This document shows positions 30,358-41,214 of a stretch of DNA of 64,000 nt, in pieces. The stretch comes from Kiritimatiellia bacterium (GTDB taxonomy: Bacteria > Verrucomicrobiota > Kiritimatiellia > RFP12 > JAAYLN01). The stretch is from positions 40,784-104,783 of the forward strand of contig JAZUMF010000005.1 in assembly GCA_045603485.1 (NCBI GenBank), written 5' to 3'. The notes under the pieces were generated by a model. It saw only the letters and a program-made list of their open reading frames with translations. It ran no database searches and was not told where the DNA came from. The position numbers were made by a program, and so were the translations under genes. Each line of letters starts with the position of its first letter. The stretch's first letter is position 1.

Positions 30358-32352
30358 GTGAGTAAGCGTAGAATTGTTGTTACATCAGCACTTCCTTATG
30401 CCAATGGCGCAATCCATATCGGTCATCTTGTTGAGTATCTGCAGACCGACTTCTGGGTACGCTTCCAGAAAATGCGCGGTCATGATTGCGTCTATATTTG
30501 CGCCGACGACACCCATGGCACACCGATTATGGTTCGTGCCCGCAAGGAGGGAATTACTCCAGAAGAGCTTATAGCGCGTAGCCATGAAATGCACTCAAAG
30601 GACTTTGCCGACTTCGGTGTAGCGTTTGACAACTATTACACGACAAACAGTCCTGAGAATAAAGAGTTCTGCCTTTCAATTTATAAGAAGATGGTTGAGG
30701 CAAATGCGCTTTCATCAAAGATGATGCCGCAGATGTACTGTGAGCATGATTCGATGTTTTTGCCAGACCGCTTTATAAAGGGTATTTGCCCCAAGTGCGG
30801 AGCTGAAGACCAATACGGCGACAGCTGCGACAAGTGCGGAACGACCTACGAGCCAACCGATCTCATTAAGCCAAAATGTGCCGTATGCGGAGCAACGCCC
30901 GTAATTCGCGATAGCGAGCATCTTTATTTTGAGCTTGAACCGCAGCGTGATTTTCTCGCAAAGTGGCTGCCGGAGCATACATCGTCCGATGTCGCCAACA
31001 AGCTTATGGAGTGGTTTGGCGAGCCTCTTCGCGGCTGGGATATTTCTCGTGATGCGCCTTACTTCGGTTTTGAAATTCCGGACCACCCCGGCAAGTTCTT
31101 CTATGTCTGGCTTGATGCCCCTGTCGGATACATGGCATCTCTCAAAAATTGGTGCGACAAAAACGGCCATTCATTTGAAGAGTATTGGGGTGATGATTCG
31201 GAAATTTACCATTTTATCGGCAAAGATATCGTCAGATTCCATTGTCTCTTCTGGCCGACTATGCTGAAGGTCGGCGGCTTCCGCGGTCCCTCAAAGGTCT
31301 TCGTACATGGCTTCCTCACCGTAAACGGCGAAAAGATGTCGAAGTCTAAGGGCACTTTCATCAGCGCAAGGACATATCTTGACAATCTAGACCCCATGTA
31401 CTTGCGTTTCTACTACGCCTGCAAGCTTGGTGGCACCACAGATGATATCGACCTTAACCTTGAAGACTTTGTCTTTCGCGTCAATTCCGACCTCGTCGGT
31501 AAGATTACCAACCTAGCTTCCCGTGGAGCGCAAATGCTTCACAAGAACTTTGACGGTATGGCTGGCGAGATGGATGATGAAGGTCATGTGATTTGGCGCG
31601 AGGCCTGCGAAAAGGCCGATGATATAGCTGACTTCTATGAGCGCAGAGAATTTGGTCAAGTCTTGACGACCGTTCGCGAGATCGCTGAAGAGACGAACAA
31701 ATACTTTGACATGAAGAGCCCGTGGAAGCTCGTCAAAACCGATCCAGATGCTGCCCGTCGCGTCCTTACAAGCATTGTAAATATCTTTCGCGTTATGGCG
31801 ATCTACCTAAAGCCGATTCTGCCGGATTATGCAGATAAGGTGGCAAAGCTTTTAGGAGAAGAACCCTATACATGGGATGATATATCAAAGGAATTTGAGA
31901 ATCGTTCTGTCGGCAAGTACGAGTACCTTGCTGTCCGTGTAGACCCTGAAAAGGTCAAGGCCATGGTAGAGGCAAGCAAAGTTGCCGCTGCACCTCAGGC
32001 TCCATCTATTGAACCCATAGCTCCGGAGATAGCCTTTGACGATTTTGCAAAGGTTGATTTGCGAGTGGCAAAAGTTCTCTCAGCCGAATCTGTAGAAGGC
32101 TCTGATAAGCTTTTACGCCTTCAGCTTGATTTAGGTGAAGGCAAGCCTCGCCAAATATTCTCAGGCATCAAGAAGTCAATCGCTCCGGAAACACTAGTTG
32201 GCAAATCGGTTGTCGTAGTAGCCAATTTAGCTCCAAGGAAAATGCGTTTTGGCATTTCCGAAGGTATGGTCGTCTGTGCACAAAATGCAGATGGCTCTCT
32301 AAAGATGATTTTCGCCGACGAAGGTGCACAGCCTGGCGGCCGCATCAGCTAA
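30358..32352 (+). CDS. metG: Methionyl-tRNA synthetase with C-terminal tRNA-binding (EMAP-like) domain
   Basis: HIGH motif (IHIGH), KMSKS, and zinc knuckles (CPKCG...CDKCG). GTG start after AGGAG. Confidence 0.95.
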   Translation: MSKRRIVVTSALPYANGAIHIGHLVEYLQTDFWVRFQKMRGHDCVYICADDTHGTPIMVRARKEGITPEELIARSHEMHSKDFADFGVAFDNYYTTNSPENKEFCLSIYKKMVEANALSSKMMPQMYCEHDSMFLPDRFIKGICPKCGAEDQYGDSCDKCGTTYEPTDLIKPKCAVCGATPVIRDSEHLYFELEPQRDFLAKWLPEHTSSDVANKLMEWFGEPLRGWDISRDAPYFGFEIPDHPGKFFYVWLDAPVGYMASLKNWCDKNGHSFEEYWGDDSEIYHFIGKDIVRFHCLFWPTMLKVGGFRGPSKVFVHGFLTVNGEKMSKSKGTFISARTYLDNLDPMYLRFYYACKLGGTTDDIDLNLEDFVFRVNSDLVGKITNLASRGAQMLHKNFDGMAGEMDDEGHVIWREACEKADDIADFYERREFGQVLTTVREIAEETNKYFDMKSPWKLVKTDPDAARRVLTSIVNIFRVMAIYLKPILPDYADKVAKLLGEEPYTWDDISKEFENRSVGKYEYLAVRVDPEKVKAMVEASKVAAAPQAPSIEPIAPEIAFDDFAKVDLRVAKVLSAESVEGSDKLLRLQLDLGEGKPRQIFSGIKKSIAPETLVGKSVVVVANLAPRKMRFGISEGMVVCAQNADGSLKMIFADEGAQPGGRIS

Positions 32353-32365
32353 TCAAGATATACCA

Positions 32366-33568
32366 ATGGCAATGAATGAGACACCGCAAGGCGAGCGCGT
32401 TAGAATCGTCCTCCTAGGGCGATGCAATGTCGGCAAGTCCAGTTTAATCAATGCCATAGCCGGTCAACCTGTTGCGATAGTTTCTGATGTGCGTGGCACA
32501 ACTACCGACCCCGTCCGCAAGGCAATGGAGATACTTCCCTTGGGGCCGGTCTTGCTATGCGACACTCCAGGACTTGATGATACAGGTGAGCTTGGCGCAC
32601 AGCGAATGGAGCGAACAAGGGCTGAATTGCGTCAAGCGGACCTCGCTCTGCTTGTCGTAGACGCAGAGCGTGGCTTTGACGAACTCGAAAAAAATATCGC
32701 AAGCGAGATTCGAGCCCTTTCCATTCCCGCCATCATCGTATTGAATCGCATAGATACCGTATCGCCCTTATTGCTCAATGAGTTAAAGGCTCAAGTCGAA
32801 GCGGCGAAGCTTCCCTTTTTTGCGACTTCGGCACTTAATGGAGATGGTATTTCGGAATTACGCCTGGCAATGGCAAAGGCCTTGCCCGATGACAAAATGG
32901 GCGTTCATATCGCATCTGATTTTGTCAAGGCGGGAGAAATAGCCATTCTAGTAACCCCGATTGATAAAGCGGCTCCCAAGGGTCGTTTAATTCTTCCGCA
33001 ACAACAGACGATTCGCGATTTGCTCGATGCGGGTGCAATTCCGCTTGTCGTCCGCGATAGCGAGCTAGAGAAGGCCCTTCAGTCGCTCAAAGAGCCGCCT
33101 GCCTTAGTGATTACAGATTCGCAGGCCTTTGCGACGGTTTCAAAAATCGTCCCACCAAATGTGCCGCTAACATCCTTTTCAATCCTCTTTGCGCGCTACA
33201 AGGGAGACCTCAAAGCCCTTATTGAAGGAGCAAAGGCGGTTGCCAACCTCAAGGACGGAGACCGCATTTTAATGGCTGAAGGCTGCACACATCATAGACA
33301 AGACGATGATATAGGAACCATAAAGATTCCAAACCTCCTGCGTAAGAAGACAGGCAAGGAGCTTATCTTTTCGCACGCAGCAGGAATGGGATATCCAGCC
33401 GACCTAAGCGAATATGCCCTCGTCGTCCATTGCGGTGGCTGCATGCTCAATCGTAGAGAGATGCTTCATCGCATCAATGCCGCAAACAATGCGGGCGTCC
33501 CGATTGTAAATTACGGTGTTCTTATTGCCTATCTCAATGGCATTTTAGACCGTACCTTGCCAAATTGA
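32366..33568 (+). CDS. hydF: [FeFe]-hydrogenase maturation GTPase HydF-like
   Basis: G1 GRCNVGKSS, G3 DTPG, G4 NRID. The C-terminal CxH...(about 45 aa)...HCxxC cluster motif reads EGCTHH...VVHCGGC. Confidence 0.7.
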   Translation: MAMNETPQGERVRIVLLGRCNVGKSSLINAIAGQPVAIVSDVRGTTTDPVRKAMEILPLGPVLLCDTPGLDDTGELGAQRMERTRAELRQADLALLVVDAERGFDELEKNIASEIRALSIPAIIVLNRIDTVSPLLLNELKAQVEAAKLPFFATSALNGDGISELRLAMAKALPDDKMGVHIASDFVKAGEIAILVTPIDKAAPKGRLILPQQQTIRDLLDAGAIPLVVRDSELEKALQSLKEPPALVITDSQAFATVSKIVPPNVPLTSFSILFARYKGDLKALIEGAKAVANLKDGDRILMAEGCTHHRQDDDIGTIKIPNLLRKKTGKELIFSHAAGMGYPADLSEYALVVHCGGCMLNRREMLHRINAANNAGVPIVNYGVLIAYLNGILDRTLPN

Positions 33569-33673
33569 GCAACAAACAAGTTTATTTAATCTAAAATCCA
33601 AAAGAGGATGATAGGTTAAAGAATCAAAAGGCCTGTCCCTTAAAAGGAATAATGAATCGTAAAGAACCTAGGG

Positions 33674-36600
33674 TCAGTTGTTAAGTGCTCTAAAAATTGA
33701 GGCGATTTGATTATCAATGGTTTTGCCTTTAAGGCGTGGGAATTTGCCATCGGGTCCTGGCTTTGGCACGCCTGAATGATTATATGGACGAATGACTCCA
33801 TCCTTTACTTCAATCTTTGCGAAGCCTTTGTTTGATGCTGTTATGCGTAGCTCGGCAAGTCGTAAGAGCCTTTTGGTTACGGCGGGCATTTTGCCGAAGC
33901 GTTCATCTAGCTCTACGCCAAGGTTGCGAATTTCGGAAATTTCAGAGGCTTCCGCAATTCGGCGATGAATGTTCATTCGAAGTGTTTCTTCATCGATGTA
34001 GTCTTGCGGTATATATGCGGCAGCATCATTGTCGCTGTCGGGATTTGGACCAATTTCAATAAAATCGAGAAGGAGGTCGACATCAACCATTTTTGGCGGT
34101 TTTTCGCCTTTGAGTCTTGCTACGGTCCGTTTGAGCAGCTGACAGTATAGTCCAAATCCAATTGCCGCAATGTGGCCGCTTTGTTCGGCTCCTAGCATAT
34201 TGCCGGCACCGCGAATCTCTAGGTCTCGCAATGCGAGGTTAAGACCGCCTGAAAGTCCGCCATGGCGTTGTATCGCTTTGATTCGTTCCCGCGCGTCTCC
34301 ATCTATTATGCCTTGCTCTGGGAGAAGCAGGAGCGCATAGCCGCGCCGCGATGAACGACCGACGCGTCCGCGTAGTTGATAAAGCTCGGCAAGGCCAAAG
34401 CGATCTGCGCGATGAATTATGATTGTGTTTGCGCGAGGGATGTCGAGGCCGCTCTCAATGATTGATGTTGAGAGTAGCATGTCGTATTGGCCCGACTCAA
34501 ATTGCTTCATCGTTTCTGAGAGTTCTTTGGGCTTCATCTGCCCGTGTGCAACCGCTATGCGTACCTCCGGGAGAAGGCGCTTTAATCTGTTGTACATGAC
34601 ATTTATCGTAAGAACTCGATTGTGTAAAAAGAAGATTTGCCCTTGCCTGTTGATTTCGCGCATTACGGCTGTACGAATCACAGTATCGTTATCACGCTCA
34701 ACCTTGGTGTTGATTTCCAGACGCTCTTGTGGCGGTGTCTGAAGTAGCGACATATCTCTTGCACCTGTCATGCTCATATAGAGTGTGCGCGGGATCGGGG
34801 TTGCGCTTAGGGTTAGAAGATCGACGGTTTCTCTTACCCGTTTGAGTCTTTCCTTGTGTTCGACACCAAAGCGTTGCTCTTCGTCGATAATGACTAACCC
34901 TAGCTCTTTGAAGCCGATATGTGGCTGTACTATCGCATGTGTGCCAATGAGAATATCAACAGAGCCTTTTGCGGTTTGTGAAAGAATCTTTTCACGGACG
35001 GATGGGGGGCGAAGCCGATTGACTACTTCAATGCGGATAGGATAGGCTCCCATTCGCTCTTTGAATGTCGTGAAATGCTGCTCCGCAAGGACTGTCGTTG
35101 GCGCAAGGACTGCGACCTGCTTGCCATTCATTACGGCAATGAATGCGGCTCGCATTGCGATTTCGGTCTTGCCATAGCCAGCATCTCCGCAAATCAGTCT
35201 GTCCATGGGCCGCTCTGATGCCATGTCTTTTTTTACAGCCTCAATGCATGAGACTTGGTCTTTTGTCTCTTTGTATGGGAATGAGGCTTCGAAGGCTTCC
35301 ATCCATGGGGGATTTACATCAAATGCAGTTCCAGGGATTGAGCTTCTCTTTGCCTGAAGGTCTAAAAGCTGCGAGGCGTAGTCAACAACGGCACGCTCAG
35401 CCTTTACACATTCGGTTTTCCATCGCTTTCCACCGAGCTTGTGAAGCGTGGCGTTTTTGCCGGCAACGCCGATGTAGCGGCTTAGGAGGTGGGTCTGTGA
35501 GACGGGGATATGGAGTGTGACGCCTTCGGCATAGATTACACTTAAAACTTCATGCTCTTTGCCGTCGCGGACGATTTTCTTGACACCCATAAAGCGTCCT
35601 ATGCCATGCTCAATATGGACTACTAGGTCGCCTGGCCGCAAATCGTCAGGGCGTTGTACGCGTTCGCCTTTTGTGGCGATTGATGTTGGGGTGAAGTGGC
35701 GTCCTGTACGCTTGCGAGTCCCGTTGATGTCGGGTTGAGCGAGGACGGTTAGGTTGATTTCTTTCCATGAGAAGCCTCCTGACAGGACAGCTTGATGGAG
35801 AGCTATTTTTGAACCTTCGAGGCATTCGTGTTGAAGCCATTCAATGCCGCCGGCAGTGTCAATGCAGATAACAACAGTCTCGCCGTCAGATGCTTTCTCT
35901 TCTAGCTCCTTGAAGAGTTTTTGCCGCATATCGGAGCGCAATGTAGGGTCGTTGGAGAGACCGCCTATATCGGCGAGGCTTGGAGGATATGTGGGATTAA
36001 GATTGACGGTTGGTGTTGACGGTGGCGCAGGATCACCGGTGAAGAGCTGTAGGCTCGGATTGATGGCATTTAATTTTGAAAGGAGCTCTTCGAAGGCTTC
36101 GGGTGTTGGAATCTCATCGTTAGGGTATCTTGCACTTTGCGATACAAGGTCATGCTCAAGGTAGATTATCTGCGTATGTTGGCGAAGCTTTTCGGTGGGC
36201 TTTACCGTTGGAAGAATTTCGCTTGAGCTTGGAGGAAGCCAAACCTGCGAGATTCGGTCCTGCGAGCGTTGCGTCAGGGGATCAAACTCTCGAATAGTAT
36301 CAACATCATCGCCGAAGAAATCGATTCTTACTGGAAGTGGCGAGGTCGGTGGCCATATGTCAATAAGACCGCCACGGACGGCAAAGGTGGACTTCTCTGT
36401 GACCTCAGGGCGTCTCTGATAGCCGGAGGCTGCTAACTTTTCGGCATAGTCAGAAAATGGAAGAGGGGATTCGCCGATTTTGACGAGAAGACCAGCGGTG
36501 GTGACAGCATCGGGATCGGGCAACGGAGCAAGAAGGGCGGTCGGTGTTGTTATGAAGAGCTGCCCAAGCTGAGTGTCTCCGTTAGAGCCAAAGAGGGCTT

Positions 36601-36922
36601 TGGCTGCGGCAAGGCGCATTCCGTCATAATCAGCCGTTTTGTTGTCGCCAGTTTCGGGCGGCAGAAGAACCAGCGGCTCGCGTGAAGGGTCGGGATCAAA
36701 GGCGTGGATATCGGAATAAAGGGACTCACATTCATGTGCTGACGGTGTAATAATTAAAAGGTCATCCTCAGGATGGAGTCGCCGCAATGCTAATGCGATT
36801 AGTGCTGCGGATGCTCCTGGTAGTGAAGGCGAGGCAACGCTAATACCCTTGGGTAATTCTCCAAGGATATTCTTGGTTGCCTCCTCAATCTTTGAAATTA
36901 TTGTTTCAGGAATGCTCTTCAT
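33674..36922 (-). CDS. mfd: Transcription-repair coupling factor Mfd
   Basis: 1082 aa. Has a UvrB-like N-terminus, an RNAP-interaction domain and an SF2 helicase (GDAGYGKTE, DEEQRFG). Confidence 0.95.
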   Translation of the reverse strand: MKSIPETIISKIEEATKNILGELPKGISVASPSLPGASAALIALALRRLHPEDDLLIITPSAHECESLYSDIHAFDPDPSREPLVLLPPETGDNKTADYDGMRLAAAKALFGSNGDTQLGQLFITTPTALLAPLPDPDAVTTAGLLVKIGESPLPFSDYAEKLAASGYQRRPEVTEKSTFAVRGGLIDIWPPTSPLPVRIDFFGDDVDTIREFDPLTQRSQDRISQVWLPPSSSEILPTVKPTEKLRQHTQIIYLEHDLVSQSARYPNDEIPTPEAFEELLSKLNAINPSLQLFTGDPAPPSTPTVNLNPTYPPSLADIGGLSNDPTLRSDMRQKLFKELEEKASDGETVVICIDTAGGIEWLQHECLEGSKIALHQAVLSGGFSWKEINLTVLAQPDINGTRKRTGRHFTPTSIATKGERVQRPDDLRPGDLVVHIEHGIGRFMGVKKIVRDGKEHEVLSVIYAEGVTLHIPVSQTHLLSRYIGVAGKNATLHKLGGKRWKTECVKAERAVVDYASQLLDLQAKRSSIPGTAFDVNPPWMEAFEASFPYKETKDQVSCIEAVKKDMASERPMDRLICGDAGYGKTEIAMRAAFIAVMNGKQVAVLAPTTVLAEQHFTTFKERMGAYPIRIEVVNRLRPPSVREKILSQTAKGSVDILIGTHAIVQPHIGFKELGLVIIDEEQRFGVEHKERLKRVRETVDLLTLSATPIPRTLYMSMTGARDMSLLQTPPQERLEINTKVERDNDTVIRTAVMREINRQGQIFFLHNRVLTINVMYNRLKRLLPEVRIAVAHGQMKPKELSETMKQFESGQYDMLLSTSIIESGLDIPRANTIIIHRADRFGLAELYQLRGRVGRSSRRGYALLLLPEQGIIDGDARERIKAIQRHGGLSGGLNLALRDLEIRGAGNMLGAEQSGHIAAIGFGLYCQLLKRTVARLKGEKPPKMVDVDLLLDFIEIGPNPDSDNDAAAYIPQDYIDEETLRMNIHRRIAEASEISEIRNLGVELDERFGKMPAVTKRLLRLAELRITASNKGFAKIEVKDGVIRPYNHSGVPKPGPDGKFPRLKGKTIDNQIASIFRALNN

Positions 36923-39375
36923 GAGCGGAAAAGATTGCGTAAGTCGCGTATTGCTATGGTAGAGAATAGTGCAAGCGAAAGGACAAGAATAAGGGCCGAA
37001 GAAACGGCAATTGGAATATTGCGCTTGGCACTCATAATTTCGACTGTATGTTCACCAGCGGGAACTAATACTGCCGTGCCTGCATATCCGCCAATAAAGG
37101 ACTCGGCCTCGACACCGTCAATTAGAACGGTATTCACCTTGTTGTATCCCTGAGTAAACCCAAGGATTTGCTCGGTATCTGCAGTTGTCTTGAAGACCGA
37201 TTTAGAGGCGTTGTGGTTTTGTATGGCAATGACCTCGACATTGCCTGGCACTCCTTTGCCGCTGCAAGGGATATCCTTGCCGATTGTAATTGTGTCGTTG
37301 TCGTGAGCCATTATCTTTGCCGTATTGAGAAGTATCTCATCGCTTTTTACAGAAACCCATTTTGTATATAGCTTGGCTCTAGGCTTTGGAGCGATGACCT
37401 TTGCCAATACATATCCGTTTTGGACAGGACGAGAAATCTTGGTAAAGAGCGCTGGAGGAGGAGCCGGCTTGAAGAAAGATAATGGCGTTATTCGATTGGC
37501 TGGCAGGTGTTGTGCCATTGCAACGGGAGCGAGGATATAGTGCGCCCCGGAAAGTTCTGACATTCTAACAATCGCTTCAATTTCAGGTAGCTGATTGAAA
37601 AATTGCGTATTGTCAATGTCATTTCGAGGAAGCACACCGTATCCTTTGCAATGCAAAGCCTGTGCAAAGGCCTTGTTAAGATTTTGATCTTGAATAAAGT
37701 TCATTATCCGAGGTGCTTCAGTTTGCGAGATTATATTGACAATGGGATTTTTATCCTTGGTATATTCGTATTCACGGTCTTGACCAACGACGAATGGGCG
37801 AGAGACGATTGCAATATCGATTGCCAAGGCTAAAGAAAGAATTGTAATTGCAATCTGGCTGGATACTTTATGCTTTACCGCATAGAATGAGATCGCAGCA
37901 ACGAGGGCGAAACCGATGATAGCATGAGTGAGTGCGTTGCAGGTGTTGGTTGCCATTGTGGGAATGAGCCGAGAAGCACCTAGCTCATTCAATCTGGAGA
38001 GGAAGGCATTTGGCGCGGCATTTACTGCCAATACTCCGATTATCAAAATGGCGGCTATTGCTGCTGTTGTAACGGCAAATCTTTTACGCAACCTGTCTTG
38101 CGTCTCTATTGCAAGAAGCTGCGTTATTCCGATTGCTGCCATTGCGGCAGTTCCAAATTCAACTATGCGTATGAATTTTACAGGTGCTCGCAAGTATGAC
38201 ATATACGGAATAGTGTAGAAAAGCTTGTAAAATGGAGTATATCTGCCAAAGGCAAGGAGTAATGCTAAAAAAGAGACGCAAAGCCAAAAGATAGTTTCGC
38301 GACGAAGTTTTTGATTTTGCTTGGATTCTGCGAAAAATAGCCAGAAGACGGCAAAGAGAGCGAGTGCTACCGGTATCGAGCCAAGATAAACGAGGTGCTG
38401 CCTAAAATTAATGAAGCCTTGATGAGTGACCTCCCACTTCCAGGCTTGACCAAGACGACCCCAGTATGGAATCGTTGGATCACCCGATTGACGGCCAAAA
38501 ACCGCGGGAGCTATAAACTCAAGAATTTCATTGGGAGGAAGAGACCAATTTGTCGCAAAAATCCATTTAGAGTCCTCAGTCTCAGACTCTTTATCGCCGT
38601 TATTTACCTGATTGTCAGCGGCAACAGGTTGGGAGCTTTCAATTTGAGCCTTGCGGTGTGCAAGCGTTGATGTAAGGGTGTTATGGATAGAAGGGAGTGC
38701 CGTTACCAGAAAAACGATTGAGGCAAGGCAAATGCCAATAATGGTATGCTTAATTGAAGGCGCGGCGTTAACCTCGCTTGATGGCTGCCTTCGCTTGTCA
38801 ATTACTTGCCATACAATGTGTGTTATTGTATAGACAGCCGCAAGACCAAAGTATATTACCGCAAAGTCTGGCTGCACACGCAATGCCCATGCACCGCAAA
38901 TAGCAGCCAAAGCATAGTAGGCAATTCCTCTGCCAGCAAGAGCCCGAGCTAGAAAAGCAAAGAGAAATACGGTATAAAGCGTCATAAAGAAAAAGCCGCG
39001 ATGTCCTGCCGAAAACAGCGTAAAGGAATAGCCCATAAAGGCAAAGACGCCACCGCCAAAGAGCGCAGAAAGAGTAGGGATGCCTAAGGCTGTTAGAAAA
39101 TAAGAAAAGCCAATTGCAATAAGCACAGTATCAAGCTGGTAAGTAAAATCTGAATAAACGCACTGCGGAAGCAAGTAAAAAAGGATGTCATGGGGTGCCC
39201 AACTCATCGCTCCTGTAAGAAGATTGGAAGTATAGACAAAGTGATAATAGTCAGGAAGAGGAGGGCTGTCAGGTGATGGCATCATAACAAAAGTGCCCAA
39301 AACGGGGGCAAAAATATATACAACCAATGCCGTCCACAGAAAAACGGGCCAGATATTCATCAAAAACTTTTTCAT
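36919..39375 (-). CDS. Large polytopic membrane protein (YfhO-like; function unknown)
   Basis: 818 aa with many TM helices across its length. Its 3' end overlaps the mfd start codon. Confidence 0.4.
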   Translation of the reverse strand: MKKFLMNIWPVFLWTALVVYIFAPVLGTFVMMPSPDSPPLPDYYHFVYTSNLLTGAMSWAPHDILFYLLPQCVYSDFTYQLDTVLIAIGFSYFLTALGIPTLSALFGGGVFAFMGYSFTLFSAGHRGFFFMTLYTVFLFAFLARALAGRGIAYYALAAICGAWALRVQPDFAVIYFGLAAVYTITHIVWQVIDKRRQPSSEVNAAPSIKHTIIGICLASIVFLVTALPSIHNTLTSTLAHRKAQIESSQPVAADNQVNNGDKESETEDSKWIFATNWSLPPNEILEFIAPAVFGRQSGDPTIPYWGRLGQAWKWEVTHQGFINFRQHLVYLGSIPVALALFAVFWLFFAESKQNQKLRRETIFWLCVSFLALLLAFGRYTPFYKLFYTIPYMSYLRAPVKFIRIVEFGTAAMAAIGITQLLAIETQDRLRKRFAVTTAAIAAILIIGVLAVNAAPNAFLSRLNELGASRLIPTMATNTCNALTHAIIGFALVAAISFYAVKHKVSSQIAITILSLALAIDIAIVSRPFVVGQDREYEYTKDKNPIVNIISQTEAPRIMNFIQDQNLNKAFAQALHCKGYGVLPRNDIDNTQFFNQLPEIEAIVRMSELSGAHYILAPVAMAQHLPANRITPLSFFKPAPPPALFTKISRPVQNGYVLAKVIAPKPRAKLYTKWVSVKSDEILLNTAKIMAHDNDTITIGKDIPCSGKGVPGNVEVIAIQNHNASKSVFKTTADTEQILGFTQGYNKVNTVLIDGVEAESFIGGYAGTAVLVPAGEHTVEIMSAKRNIPIAVSSALILVLSLALFSTIAIRDLRNLFRS

Positions 39376-39604
39376 AACATAGTAAGTATATCATAAATTA
39401 CAGACTTTTAGTTTTTTTAATTGTTGCTGCTCTGCCTGTAGCAGTGTTATGAAAGAATGACATTTATCAGATTCAAATCCGATAGGCGATTATAGGTGAC
39501 TTTGAGTAAAAAGTAGTGTGAAAAGGCGATAAGATGAATGTAATCACGGATGCAGGAGAAAGTGATTTGAATTTGTCAGGATAACGATAAAAATGGAAAA
39601 GTAC

Positions 39605-39633
39605 TTGCCAAAAGCTTTTTTTTAAGGTATAAT
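39605..39633 (+). promoter_or_regulatory. Consensus sigma70 promoter for the tRNA operon (TTGCCA, 17-nt spacer, TATAAT)
   Basis: TTGCCA at 39605-39610 and TATAAT at 39628-39633. tRNA-Lys starts 16 nt downstream. Confidence 0.7.
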
Positions 39634-39649
39634 AATTGACAATGAGTTT

Positions 39650-39725
39650 AGGCTGTTAGCTCAGTTGGTAGAGCATGTGACTTTTAATCACAGGGTCGCG
39701 GGTCCGAATCCCGCACGGCCTACCA
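39650..39725 (+). tRNA. tRNA-Lys (anticodon TTT)
   Basis: Hand-folded cloverleaf: acceptor AGGCTGT/ACGGCCT, D-arm GCTC..GAGC, anticodon loop CTTTTAA, T-arm GCGGG-TCCGAAT-CCCGC, and an encoded CCA. Confidence 0.9.
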
Positions 39726-39735
39726 AATTTTTAAT

Positions 39736-39812
39736 CGGGGTGTAGCGCAGTCTGGTAGCGCGTCTGCCTTGGGCGCAGAAGGTCGTGGGTTCGAATCCCG
39801 CCGCCCCGACCA
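39736..39812 (+). tRNA. tRNA-Pro (anticodon TGG)
   Basis: Acceptor CGGGGTG/CGCCCCG, anticodon loop CTTGGGC, T-arm GTGGG-TTCGAAT-CCCGC, and an encoded CCA. Confidence 0.9.
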
Positions 39813-40379
39813 TTTAAAATCCCGCTGAAACGGAGAATGGTTCATTCTGCGTGTATGCGGAAACAAGAAAATTCCCAGTAATTTGGGGATTTTTCGTTTT
39901 TCTCCCCTTTCGTTTTTCTCTCCTCTCCTCTTTTCAGGGAGCGATTTCTTCCATCTCCCGGCAAAACAGCCCCGACTTTCTCTGCGTGGATTGTCATAGG
40001 TTCATTCTACGCTTCGCCCAATGTTTACAGGGGTGAAATGCGTGTCACGCTCGTTCTCGGCGCGTTTTTCGGCGCGGGTTGTCATGTTTATCATAGAGAA
40101 CGGTGTGCTTCTTTGCGCACTTTTACGTCGTCTGGCGATAAAACTCCGAACGCATCTTGAACGGGCAGCGCATCGGAAGTCGAGCGACCCCGGAATGCCG
40201 CTTATGAAAAAGTCCGTTAATTCATGTAACGCTGCATCGTATAAGCGTCTGGAGAGGAATAAAATCGTCGCGTCGAGGCGGGTCTAGAAAAGATGAAAAT
40301 AGTCGTCTATTCCCGCTTGACTGTATGCGACATACTACGGCATCATATGCCCGGAAAATCGTAATGGTGACAATAGGAG

Positions 40380-40808
40380 ATGGAAACGCTGCCAAAGGCA
40401 TTGGCCGACGAAATCGAGTGCCTCGAAGAGCTGGATGCGAGGGCTCTCAAGAGAAAGTATCCGGCATTGCTTTCCGATGCTGGTGATTGCTCGGCGAGCG
40501 GGATTCTGCGCTCCATTGTCGCATACAGGCTTCAGGAGAAGCACTACGGACGCCCGCTCGCGGAGGATGCCAAGTCATGGCTTGATGCCGACGACGGAGG
40601 CGACGGCCCGCGTCTGCGCACGGCGGTGTCCGGATCGGGCGCGAGGGCGCGTCTGGTGCGCGTATGGAAAGGCGTGAGACATGAGGCGGTCGTCAGGAAT
40701 GACAGCCGCTTCGAGTACAACGGGGAGATATTCAATTCGCTTTCCGCGATAGCCAAGGTCATCACGGGAACCCACTGGAACGGGAGACTGTTCTTCGGAA
40801 TCAAGTAG
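40380..40808 (+). CDS. DUF2924 family protein (accessory gene of serine-recombinase integrative elements)
   Basis: The C-terminal region VWKGVRHEAVV..FEYNGEIFNSLSAIAKVITGTHWNGRLFFG matches the DUF2924 signature. An RBS (TAGGAG) precedes it. Confidence 0.75.
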   Translation: METLPKALADEIECLEELDARALKRKYPALLSDAGDCSASGILRSIVAYRLQEKHYGRPLAEDAKSWLDADDGGDGPRLRTAVSGSGARARLVRVWKGVRHEAVVRNDSRFEYNGEIFNSLSAIAKVITGTHWNGRLFFGIK

Positions 40809-40820
40809 GAGACGGACGCC

Positions 40821-41214
40821 ATGACGAGAATAGACGCTAAGACGATGGAAAGCCTTGTCGCGCTCCTTTCGAGCGTGGTGGAGAGGCTGCGGCCTGACGC
40901 TGTGCGCCGAGCCAGGGACGGAGGTGCGGGATGAGGCAGATGCAGGAGATGAAGCGGTGCGCGCCCTGCAAAAGTGCCACAAATTGGCAGACCTGCTCAC
41001 GACTGGCACATACCACGAAAAGAAGGCGCTCGCGGACGCCCTTGGCCTCAGCAACTCCTACCTCGGCAAGATGCTGCGCCTCGCATACCTCTCGCCGAGG
41101 ATCGTGGAGACGATCATGCCCGGCGAACTTCCGTCAATATCCGTGACGAAGCTGCAGGAACTCGACACTCCGATATGGGAGGAGCAGGAGCGGATGCTGG
41201 GGATGCGGAGATAG
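40821..41214 (+). pseudogene. Frameshifted ParB-like HTH protein remnant
   Basis: ATG 40821 opens a 37-codon frame. The ParB-type HTH (ALGLSNSYLGKMLRLAYLSPRIVETI) lies in the +1 frame 40855..41214, which has no ATG ahead of the HTH. Confidence 0.45.
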
